Shown: piece after piece, positions 1-7,547 of the stretch
How positions within the stretch are numbered: position 1 is the stretch's first letter
Layout: every line of letters begins with the position of its first letter
Source of the DNA: Aquifex aeolicus VF5
Lineage (GTDB): Bacteria; Aquificota; Aquificia; Aquificales; Aquificaceae
NCBI RefSeq assembly: GCF_000008625.1
Contig: NC_000918.1
Location: 1,170,001-1,202,000 of the forward strand
Length of the DNA: 32,000 nt
Reading direction: 5' to 3'
Translations under genes and position numbers: made by a program
Notes under the pieces: generated by a model
What the model saw: only the letters and a program-made list of their open reading frames with translations
Told to the model about the DNA's origin: nothing
Database searches by the model: none

Positions 1-1148
1 TGCGTAAAGCCCCTAACTCTGAGTAGTCCGTGGAGAACTCCAGAGAGCTCGTACCTGTAAACCGTTCCAAGTTCAAAGAGTTTTAGAGGTAGTTCCTTGT
101 AGCTCCTTGTCCTGCTCTTGTATATTGCTATGTGGAAGGGGCAATTCATGGGCTTTACGTAGTACTCCTCTTCGTCTATCTTCATGGAAGGAAACATGTT
201 CTGTTTGTAGCACTCAAGGTGTCCGCTCGTTTCCCAGAGCTTGGATTTTCCTACGTGGGGAGTGTAAACGAGCTGGTATCCTCTCTTTAGGTGTTCTTCC
301 CTTAAATAGTCTTCCAGAACCTTTCTGTATATTGCTCCCCTCGGAAGCCACAGAATTAATCCAGCTCCCACGTTGTCGTCTATCGTGAAGAACTCCAGTT
401 CCTTTCCGAGTCTCCTGTGATCCCTCTTCTTTACTTCCTCGTAGAACTTTAGCCTTTCCTTTACTTCTTTGTCGCTCCAGTAAGCTATACCGTAAATCCT
501 TGTGAGCTGAGGCTGATCACTCCTTCCCTTCCAGTAAGCCCCTGAAATTGAAGTGAGTTTAAAGGCTCCTGCCTTCCCCGTTGAAGGGAGGTGAGGTCCT
601 TTGCAGAGGTCTATAAAGTCCCCCTGTTCGTAAACGGAAATGACTTCCTCTTCTGGTATCTCCTTTATTATGTCTATCTTGTACTTTTCCTTTAATTTGT
701 CAAAGAGTTTTATCGCCTCCTCCCTTGAGAGCTCCCTCCTCAGAATGGGATAATCCCTCTCTATTATCTCCTTCATCTTTTGTTCTATTTTGGGAAGATC
801 CTCTTCAGTTATCTTGTGTCCTTCTACTTCAACGTCGTAGTAAAAGCCCTCCTCGGTGGTTGGCCCAACTCCTAGGTGAACCTTTTTAGCCCCGTAGAGT
901 TCCTTTAAGGCTTGTGCCATTATGTGTGCGAGGGAGTGCCTCATTATCTCAAGGCTTTCCTTTGATCCCCTATATACGGGCTTTATCTCACCCGATTCCC
1001 TTACGGGTGTTTGCAGATCTATGATCTTTCCGTTTATTACTCCGCCGAGGGCGTCTTTTATACCTGCAAGCTCAAATATCTTTCCGAGAGGCGTTCCCTT
1101 CTCTACCTCGTACTCCTTTCCCTTAATCTTTACCTTAATCTTTTCCAT
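1..1148 (-). CDS. thrS: Threonyl-tRNA synthetase, N-terminal part (3' end beyond window)
   Basis: Reverse-strand translation from ATG at 1148 gives MEKITVKIKGKEYEVEKGTPLGKIFELAG..., then IMRHSLAHIMAQAL and NCPFHIAIYKS, typical ThrS TGS, second additional and catalytic domain motifs. Missing from the supplied ORF track because it is truncated by the window edge. Confidence 0.95.
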   Translation of the reverse strand, partial: MEKIKVKIKGKEYEVEKGTPLGKIFELAGIKDALGGVINGKIIDLQTPVRESGEIKPVYRGSKESLEIMRHSLAHIMAQALKELYGAKKVHLGVGPTTEEGFYYDVEVEGHKITEEDLPKIEQKMKEIIERDYPILRRELSREEAIKLFDKLKEKYKIDIIKEIPEEEVISVYEQGDFIDLCKGPHLPSTGKAGAFKLTSISGAYWKGRSDQPQLTRIYGIAYWSDKEVKERLKFYEEVKKRDHRRLGKELEFFTIDDNVGAGLILWLPRGAIYRKVLEDYLREEHLKRGYQLVYTPHVGKSKLWETSGHLECYKQNMFPSMKIDEEEYYVKPMNCPFHIAIYKSRTRSYKELPLKLFELGTVYRYELSGVLHGLLRVRGFT

Positions 1149-1184
1149 AGAGATTTATTTTAGGCTTAGCTTATCTTTTTCAAT

Positions 1185-2066
1185 ATGAAGAAATCTCCCA
1201 AAATCAGTTTAATACTTGAAGCTTTCCAGAACCTTGAAAAGGCTTACGTTGACCTCAAAAAGAACCTTGAAATTCCAAAGGAGGAATTTGTTAAGAATAA
1301 ACTTGTTCAGGACAGGGTGAGGATAGACTTTAACCTCGCCTTTGAGAGTACAATGAGGGTGTGCAGGCACCTCTCCGCTGTTTACGGCGTAAAAACCTCT
1401 TCAAGGGACTGCCTTCCTAAAATTGCCGAGCATATAGGTCTTCCCTTTGCGGACAGGTTAAAGAAATTTTCCGAATTTTACTTCCGCTACAGGGACTTAA
1501 AAGACACCGTTTCTCCAGAAGAACTCTATGACTTTTTAAAGGAAAACCTCGTCCTTTTTAAAGAGTTTGCGAGGGGTGTTGTAGAGTACATAAAGAAGAC
1601 CACGGGCAATTACCTGTTGATAGACTTTGACCTTCTGAACGAAAAAGCGAAGTTCATAAAGGATTCCGTGAAGAAGATAGACTTCGTCCTGTCTCAGGGA
1701 GAAGAAGAGTTCAAGAAAACGCCTATGTACTACGACAGGGTGAAGTACTTCTATCAGGTGGCTTACGACTCGCTGTTTGACATATGCAAGCACCTCGCTC
1801 CAAAGTTCGGCATAAAGAAGTTCGGGGATGATTGCCTAACGAAAATGGTGGAAAAGGGGGTAATCCCTCCTGAATATTACGAAACTGTTCTGAAAATGAC
1901 GCTCCTTAAGAACAAGCTCATAAGCACGTGGGAGGTGAGTCCGGAAGAGCTTTACAGAAGTCTTAAAGAGCTAAATGACAAGTTCATCCCCGTTCTCAGG
2001 GAAATATCAAAGAGTTTAAAATTATTACTTGAGAAAAAAGCAAAGGAAGTGGGGAAAGAAGCATGA
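1185..2066 (+). CDS. Hypothetical protein with two tandem HepT/DUF86-like (HEPN fold) domains lacking the catalytic motif
   Basis: Two similar halves: DRVRIDFNLAFESTMRVCRHLSAVYGVK...VSPEELYDFLKEN and DRVKYFYQVAYDSLFDICKHLAPKFGIK...VSPEELYRSLKEL. Confidence 0.7.
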   Translation: MKKSPKISLILEAFQNLEKAYVDLKKNLEIPKEEFVKNKLVQDRVRIDFNLAFESTMRVCRHLSAVYGVKTSSRDCLPKIAEHIGLPFADRLKKFSEFYFRYRDLKDTVSPEELYDFLKENLVLFKEFARGVVEYIKKTTGNYLLIDFDLLNEKAKFIKDSVKKIDFVLSQGEEEFKKTPMYYDRVKYFYQVAYDSLFDICKHLAPKFGIKKFGDDCLTKMVEKGVIPPEYYETVLKMTLLKNKLISTWEVSPEELYRSLKELNDKFIPVLREISKSLKLLLEKKAKEVGKEA

Positions 2067-2557
2067 GGGTTTTAAAGATACTGCTTTTTATAATCTTCTT
2101 CTCTTTCGGTGTTGAGGCTGTTCCCTTTGAGAAAATCTCATTCCTGAACTTAAAAGAGGATCTGGAGGAGGCTAAAAAGGAAGGGAAGTACTTATTCATA
2201 ATGTTTGAACAGGAAGAATGCCCTTTCTGCGATAAGATGAAGAGGGTTACCTTTCAGGATCCCCGCGTTAGAGAGTACTTCACGAAACACTTCTACATGG
2301 TGAGGATAGATATAAAAGGTTCTAATCCCGTTGTGTACTTTGACGGGACGGAAATGACTGAAAAGGAACTCGCCCACAAGTTCAGGGTTAGGGCAACGCC
2401 TCACTTTGTTTTCTTTGACCACGAAGGTAAAAAGATACTCTCTATCCCCGGATACATACCGCCCGAGGAATTTCTACTAATCGGTAAGTACGTAGCCGAA
2501 GGTTACTACAAAAAGATGAGTTACTTTAAGTTTAAGAGAATGATAAAAAAGGATTAA
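2063..2557 (+). CDS. Secreted thioredoxin-fold protein (SoxW/thioredoxin-2-like)
   Basis: Hydrophobic N-terminal signal; FEQEECPFCDKMKR CxxC motif; cis-Pro segment VRATPHFVFFD. Confidence 0.85.
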   Translation: MRVLKILLFIIFFSFGVEAVPFEKISFLNLKEDLEEAKKEGKYLFIMFEQEECPFCDKMKRVTFQDPRVREYFTKHFYMVRIDIKGSNPVVYFDGTEMTEKELAHKFRVRATPHFVFFDHEGKKILSIPGYIPPEEFLLIGKYVAEGYYKKMSYFKFKRMIKKD

Positions 2558-3765
2558 TGTGGTTTTTAATCCTCCTCGTAGGTTTCAGTTTTTCCCTCCA
2601 GATATCCCTCAAGGATGCCTTAGAACTCGCCCTTAAGAACAACAGAACCTTGAAAAAACTTGAAAGAGAACTCAGTTCTGCGGTCTACAGGGAAAAGTTG
2701 AGCCTGTGGGAGAGGTTTTCCCCCGAAACGGACGTAAGGGTTTCAAGGGACAGGCTAGAGCTTGTGGCGAGGGTTTTGCTCCTTGAGTTCGGAAGGAGAA
2801 CGAAAAACATAAAAGCGGAGGAACACAGGAAGAAGATAGCGGAGTTAACCCTTCTGGAGTTCAAAAATAGGCTCAAAATTGAAGTCACGGATCTTTACAT
2901 AAAACTCCTACTTTACGACGTTATGGCACAGGAGAAAAGGGAGTTTATGGCGGTTGCCTTCGTGAGGTTTGACAGGGAAAGGGAGAAAATGAAACTCGGA
3001 CTTTCGGATAGGGTAAAGGTCTCGGAACTTGAAAAAGTTTACAGAAAGTACAGAAAAGAACTCTTTGAAGTTCAGAGGAAGTACAACGAAACCCTTTACA
3101 GGTTAAAACGCTACCTCGGTCTGAAAATGGAAGAAGATCTGGAAATAAAGCCTCTTAAATTCAGGATACCCTTCGAAAAAAACTTTAAGGAGAAAGTTTT
3201 ACTGGATAAAGTGAAAAATAATTACAAATTAAAGATAAAAAATCAGGAAATCGCTTACTACAGGGAACTGGAGAAGGGTGAAAGAACGCTTTTCAAACCC
3301 GAGGTGGTGCTGGAGGGAAGGTTCGGAAGGGATTTTGATGAAAAGGATTACTATACTAAGTTCAACACGTACATTAACATTCCCATTCTGGATCCGAGAC
3401 CTGAACTGAGGAGAAAAACTTTAAAAGAAAAGAGGCTGGCTTTGATGAGGGAGTACAGAGAACTGGAAGAGGAAGTAAAAGAGAGGGTTTACACCTTTCC
3501 CTATATATGGGACGAAATAAGGGAAAACTACAAGTACGCGAAAACTTACTTCAACTGGGCTGAGAATAACCTCGAGAAGAAGCGTTCGGAGTACGAACTT
3601 CAACTCGCCTTTGATCTCGGGTACGCAATGGCACACTACACGGAAGCGGAAAGAAAACTCTTAGAAGTGAACAGAAGGGCACTCCTCTTTCTGATGGAGG
3701 TTTACCATACCGTGGGAGAAGATCCGGTGAAGGCTCTGGGAAATAAACATCCGTTCCTCGAGTAA
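2557..3765 (+). CDS. TolC-like outer membrane efflux protein
   Basis: Signal peptide, then ISLKDALELALKNNRTLKKLERE, long helical segments, and the repeated-barrel pattern of the TolC/OEP family. Confidence 0.75.
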   Translation: MWFLILLVGFSFSLQISLKDALELALKNNRTLKKLERELSSAVYREKLSLWERFSPETDVRVSRDRLELVARVLLLEFGRRTKNIKAEEHRKKIAELTLLEFKNRLKIEVTDLYIKLLLYDVMAQEKREFMAVAFVRFDREREKMKLGLSDRVKVSELEKVYRKYRKELFEVQRKYNETLYRLKRYLGLKMEEDLEIKPLKFRIPFEKNFKEKVLLDKVKNNYKLKIKNQEIAYYRELEKGERTLFKPEVVLEGRFGRDFDEKDYYTKFNTYINIPILDPRPELRRKTLKEKRLALMREYRELEEEVKERVYTFPYIWDEIRENYKYAKTYFNWAENNLEKKRSEYELQLAFDLGYAMAHYTEAERKLLEVNRRALLFLMEVYHTVGEDPVKALGNKHPFLE

Positions 3766-3774
3766 AATGAACTT

Positions 3775-4305
3775 ATGGAAGTGAAAGCTACAACTATACT
3801 CGCGGTGAGGAGAGACGGAAAGACGGCTGTAGGCGGAGACGGTCAGGTAACTCTGGGAAGTTCTGTGATAAAACACACCGCGAGGAAGATAAGGAAACTT
3901 TACAAAGGGCAGGTGATAGTAGGCTTTGCGGGAAGTGCAGCGGACGGACTGGCCCTGATGGAAAGGCTGGAAGCAAAACTCGAAGAGTACAGGGGAAACT
4001 TGCTAAAGGCTTCCGTTCAGCTTGCAAAGGATTGGAGGATGGACAAGTACCTCAGAAGGCTGGAAGCACTACTCTTGGCGGTGGACAGGGAACACATGCT
4101 CCTTATATCTGGAAACGGGGACATAATAGAGCCGGATGAGCCCGTTCTCGCCATAGGTTCTGGGGGAGATTACGCAAGGGCTGCAGCTCTTGCCCTTTAC
4201 AGGAATACGGATCTTTCCGCCAGAGAGATAGTGGAGAAGTCTTTAAAGATAGCCTCGGAGATATGTATATACACGAACGATAAATTCGTAATTGAAGAGA
4301 TTTAA
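3775..4305 (+). CDS. hslV: HslV/ClpQ proteasome-like peptidase subunit
   Basis: [23 protein letters not shown] near the N-terminus and [14 protein letters not shown], hallmark HslV motifs. Confidence 0.97.
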   Translation: MEVKATTILAVRRDGKTAVGGDGQVTLGSSVIKHTARKIRKLYKGQVIVGFAGSAADGLALMERLEAKLEEYRGNLLKASVQLAKDWRMDKYLRRLEALLLAVDREHMLLISGNGDIIEPDEPVLAIGSGGDYARAAALALYRNTDLSAREIVEKSLKIASEICIYTNDKFVIEEI

Positions 4306-4310
4306 TTTTA

Positions 4311-4383
4311 TCGGGGCGACCGGACTCGAACCGGCGACCTCTGGCTCCCGAAGCCAGCGCGCTACCACCTGCGCTACGCCCCG
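4311..4383 (-). tRNA. tRNA-Pro (anticodon CGG)
   Basis: Reverse strand folds as CGGGGCG acceptor stem, D arm GCGC/GCGC, anticodon arm CTGGC-TTCGGGA-GCCAG, T arm GCCGG-TTCGAGT-CCGGT. CCA not encoded. Confidence 0.93.
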
Positions 4384-4422
4384 TTGAGTATAAAAAATTA
4401 TAAAAAAGAAAAAGGAGAAGGT

Positions 4423-7400
4423 TTAGGATTCCTTCTTCTCTTCGGAGGATGCGGAAACCTCAGCTTTCTGTTTTTCGTACTCTTCCTTAGGAATAAAGAC
4501 GAACTCCCCGTCTTTGTAGTCCACAACTACCGTCATTCCGTCCTTGATTTCTCCTCTTATTATCTTGTCCGCGAGGGGTGTTTCCACGTACTTCTGAATT
4601 GTTCTCTTTAGAGGTCTCGCTCCGAATGCCGGGTCGTATCCTCTCCTTACGAGTTCTTTCTTTGCCTCTTCCGTGAGTTCTATCTTTATGTTCCTTTCAG
4701 CGAGTCTCTTGTTCACGTTTGCGATAAGGAGGTCTATTATCTTGGAGAGTTCTCTCATGGTGAGCGGTTTGAACACGATTATCTCGTCTATTCTGTTGAT
4801 GAATTCAGGTCTCATGTAGAGCTTGAGCTCTTCAAGAACCTTTTCCTTAGCCTTTTCGAATTCCCTATTGAGAGTTTCCTCATCCGCATCCACGGGAATG
4901 TTCAGGAGATACTGAGAACCTATGTTTGAGGTCATTATTATCACGGTGTTTCTAAAGTCTACCGTCCTTCCGTGGGAGTCCGTGAGTCTTCCATCGTCAA
5001 GCACTTGCAAGAAGAGGTCAAGAACTCTGGGGTGTGCCTTTTCTATTTCGTCAAGGAGTATTACTGAGTATGGTTTTCTCCTTACCGCTTCGGTGAGTTT
5101 TCCGCCCTCCTCGTATCCTACGTATCCCGGAGGTGCACCGATTAGCTTTGCCACGGAGTGCTCTTCCTTGAACTCGGACATATCAAGCCTGATTAGAGCG
5201 TCTTCATCTCCGAAGAGGAGTTCCGCAAGTGCCTTTGAGAGTTCCGTTTTACCTACACCCGTTGGTCCGAGGAACAGAAAGCTCGCTATGGGTCTCTTGG
5301 GATCCTTTAGTCCTGCTCTTGCCCTTCTGATTGCTTCCGCTACAGCTTTTACAGCGTGTTCTTGGTCAACGACTCTCTTGTGAAGTTCGTCTTCAAGTTT
5401 GAGAAGTTTTTGCATTTCCTCTTCTTTTAGTCTGGATACGGGTATTCCGGTCCACTCCGAAACTACTTCCGCAACGTCGTCCCACGTGACCACGAGTTCC
5501 TTGGACTTTTCCTGTTCTAACTTCTTGAGTTCCTTTTCTAGCTTAGCCTTTTCTATCTTGAGCTCAGCTTCCTTCTCATAATCGCCCTTTTCCGCGGCTT
5601 CCTTTATCTTCTCGTCAAGTTCCTCAATCTTCTTCTTGAGCTCGGCGATCTTAGCTTCTACTCCTCCTACCTTGCCGAGGAGTTCCTGCTTTTCCTTCTC
5701 AAGTTTAGCTTTCTCTATCTTGAGCTGTGCTTCTTTTTCGTAGTCGCCTTTTAGGTTAGCCTCTATTATCTGCTCTTCCAGAGCTTTTATCTTCCTCTCT
5801 ATTTCCTGTATTTCGGGGGGAGTTCCTATAACTTTTAGCTTTTTCCTTGCGGCAGCCTGGTCGAGGGCGTCTATCGCCTTGTCGGGAAGTCTCCTGAAGG
5901 TTACGTACCTCTTCGTGAGCTTTACAGCCGCTTCTATTGCTTCGTCGGAAATCTTTACCTTGTGGAACTGCTCAAGTCTTGGTCTCAGACCTTTTAGGAT
6001 TTCTATCGTCTGCTCTTCGGTTGGCTCGTCCACGAATACGGGCTGGAACCTTCTTTCAAGTGCCGGGTCCTTTTCTATGTACTTTCTGTACTCGTCAACG
6101 GTTGTAGCTCCGATTACCCTGATTTCTCCTCTAGCGAGTGCGGGCTTCATTATGTTTGCCGCGTCAACTGCACCTTCCGCAGCTCCCGCTCCCACTACGG
6201 TGTGTATTTCGTCTATGAAGAGTATTACGTTTCCTTTTTCCTTTACCTCGTCAAGGAGAGCTTTTAGTCTCTCTTCAAACTCACCCCTGTACTTAGAACC
6301 TGCGAGGAGTGATGCCATATCTATGGACCATATTTCCTTGTCCTGTAATTCTGGGGGGACTTCCTTGTTCACTATCCTTTGGGCGAGTCCTTCCACTATT
6401 GCGGTCTTACCGACTCCGGGGTCTCCCACGAGTACGGGGTTGTTTTTAGTTCTCCTTAGGAGTATTTCTATAACTTGGTTTATTTCCCTTTCCCTTCCTA
6501 TTACAGGGTCCAGTTTACCCTGCCTTGCGAGTTCGTTTAAGTTAACGCCGAAGCGCTCAAGGGGAGACTTTTCTTCTTCTTTGAGTTCTTGAGTGACGTC
6601 CTTCTTCATCTCTTTTTCACCTCCTAAAACTTGATTTATTAACTTACCACCTATGGTATCTTTTGCCTCAATTAAAGCCGCGGAAATGTGAGAAGGTTGA
6701 ACCTGAGCCTCTCCCTCGGATACAGCCTTGTCCTGAGCCTTTTCAAGAACCTGAGTCAGGTACTGACTGTAATCAAAGGTGGGTTTCTTTCCGAAAACCT
6801 TTTCCGCTACCTTGTCTATTATCCTGTCCGGAGAAATTCCAAGTTCCTTTACTTGTTCAATTAAGGGAGACTTTTCAAGGGCTTTTCTTATTAGACCATC
6901 TATGGAGAGTTTATTTTCAAGGAATGCCTTTACATCCTCGGGTGCAAATACGGTGGATAAGCTCTTTTCCACCTGCTCCAGTTGTCTCCTTATACTTTGT
7001 TCCGTTGCTTCGAGTTGTCTGAGTTCAAGTTCCAGAGTTTCAGCGGTCCACCAATCTCCGTATCTCCTTGCGTACTCAAGTTCCCTGAGTATCCTCTCCT
7101 TTGCCTTCCTTATTTTGGAGAGTTCCGTCTGGACGTTTCCTATGTTGGATTTTACTTCCATTATCTGGGTTCTCAGGTTTATTAGGTTCTGGGCTTCCGC
7201 TTCTATAGCCTTTTCAAGTTGCTTGTTGAGGTTTTCAAGGTATTCGCTCACCCTCTTTAAAAACTCCTTCCTGTCTATTCCCCTTTTCTCTATATATTTA
7301 GAAAGAGGAGATTTTTCGTCGAGGAGCAGGGCTATTAGAAGGTGATCCGTGTCCACCTTAGTGTCCTTGTTTTCCCTTGCTATTTCTTTCGCCTTTTCCA

Positions 7401-7443
7401 GATACTCAAGGGATTTGGCGGAAAACAGGTTTTCGCTTATCAT
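4423..7443 (-). CDS. clpB: ClpB-type AAA+ disaggregase, enlarged (1006 aa)
   Basis: GDPGVGKTAIVEGLAQRI and GPTGVGKTELSKALAE Walker A motifs; YRGEFEERLKALL; GAPPGYVGYEEGG; Clp N domain; M-domain coiled coil. Confidence 0.96.
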   Translation of the reverse strand: MISENLFSAKSLEYLEKAKEIARENKDTKVDTDHLLIALLLDEKSPLSKYIEKRGIDRKEFLKRVSEYLENLNKQLEKAIEAEAQNLINLRTQIMEVKSNIGNVQTELSKIRKAKERILRELEYARRYGDWWTAETLELELRQLEATEQSIRRQLEQVEKSLSTVFAPEDVKAFLENKLSIDGLIRKALEKSPLIEQVKELGISPDRIIDKVAEKVFGKKPTFDYSQYLTQVLEKAQDKAVSEGEAQVQPSHISAALIEAKDTIGGKLINQVLGGEKEMKKDVTQELKEEEKSPLERFGVNLNELARQGKLDPVIGREREINQVIEILLRRTKNNPVLVGDPGVGKTAIVEGLAQRIVNKEVPPELQDKEIWSIDMASLLAGSKYRGEFEERLKALLDEVKEKGNVILFIDEIHTVVGAGAAEGAVDAANIMKPALARGEIRVIGATTVDEYRKYIEKDPALERRFQPVFVDEPTEEQTIEILKGLRPRLEQFHKVKISDEAIEAAVKLTKRYVTFRRLPDKAIDALDQAAARKKLKVIGTPPEIQEIERKIKALEEQIIEANLKGDYEKEAQLKIEKAKLEKEKQELLGKVGGVEAKIAELKKKIEELDEKIKEAAEKGDYEKEAELKIEKAKLEKELKKLEQEKSKELVVTWDDVAEVVSEWTGIPVSRLKEEEMQKLLKLEDELHKRVVDQEHAVKAVAEAIRRARAGLKDPKRPIASFLFLGPTGVGKTELSKALAELLFGDEDALIRLDMSEFKEEHSVAKLIGAPPGYVGYEEGGKLTEAVRRKPYSVILLDEIEKAHPRVLDLFLQVLDDGRLTDSHGRTVDFRNTVIIMTSNIGSQYLLNIPVDADEETLNREFEKAKEKVLEELKLYMRPEFINRIDEIIVFKPLTMRELSKIIDLLIANVNKRLAERNIKIELTEEAKKELVRRGYDPAFGARPLKRTIQKYVETPLADKIIRGEIKDGMTVVVDYKDGEFVFIPKEEYEKQKAEVSASSEEKKES

Positions 7444-7471
7444 ACTTTTACCTCCCGTTTAATTTTCCTTT

Positions 7472-7500
7472 AATAATATTTCTTGAGTATAATTGTGTCA
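7472..7500 (-). promoter_or_regulatory. Sigma70-type promoter for clpB
   Basis: Reverse strand TTGACA (7500-7495), 17-nt spacer, TATTAT (7477-7472), upstream of the clpB start at 7443. Confidence 0.75.
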
Positions 7501-7547
7501 ACCTTTTATACCTTTCGTGCACACTCCCTCCACTATAATTAATTTCT

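Noticed and set aside
107-1188. Plus-strand ORFs 107-388 and 922-1188
   Set aside because: They are antisense to the partial thrS gene, which has strong family motifs on the minus strand.
1185-2066. Active HepT-MNT toxin-antitoxin system
   Set aside because: The HepT-like domains lack the catalytic RNxxxH motif and there is no neighbouring nucleotidyltransferase antitoxin.
5528-5768. CRISPR-like or tandem repeat array
   Set aside because: The repeats are imperfect, in frame, and encode coiled-coil protein inside clpB; there are no regular spacers.
4922-7345. Plus-strand and minus-strand ORFs antisense to or shadowing clpB (e.g. 4922-5383, 5879-6592, 6779-7345)
   Set aside because: Ser/Phe/Leu-rich translations are typical antisense shadows of a conserved coding frame.
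7444-7547. CIRCE heat-shock operator near clpB
   Set aside because: No TTAGCACTC-N9-GAGTGCTAA inverted repeat was seen in the intergenic region.
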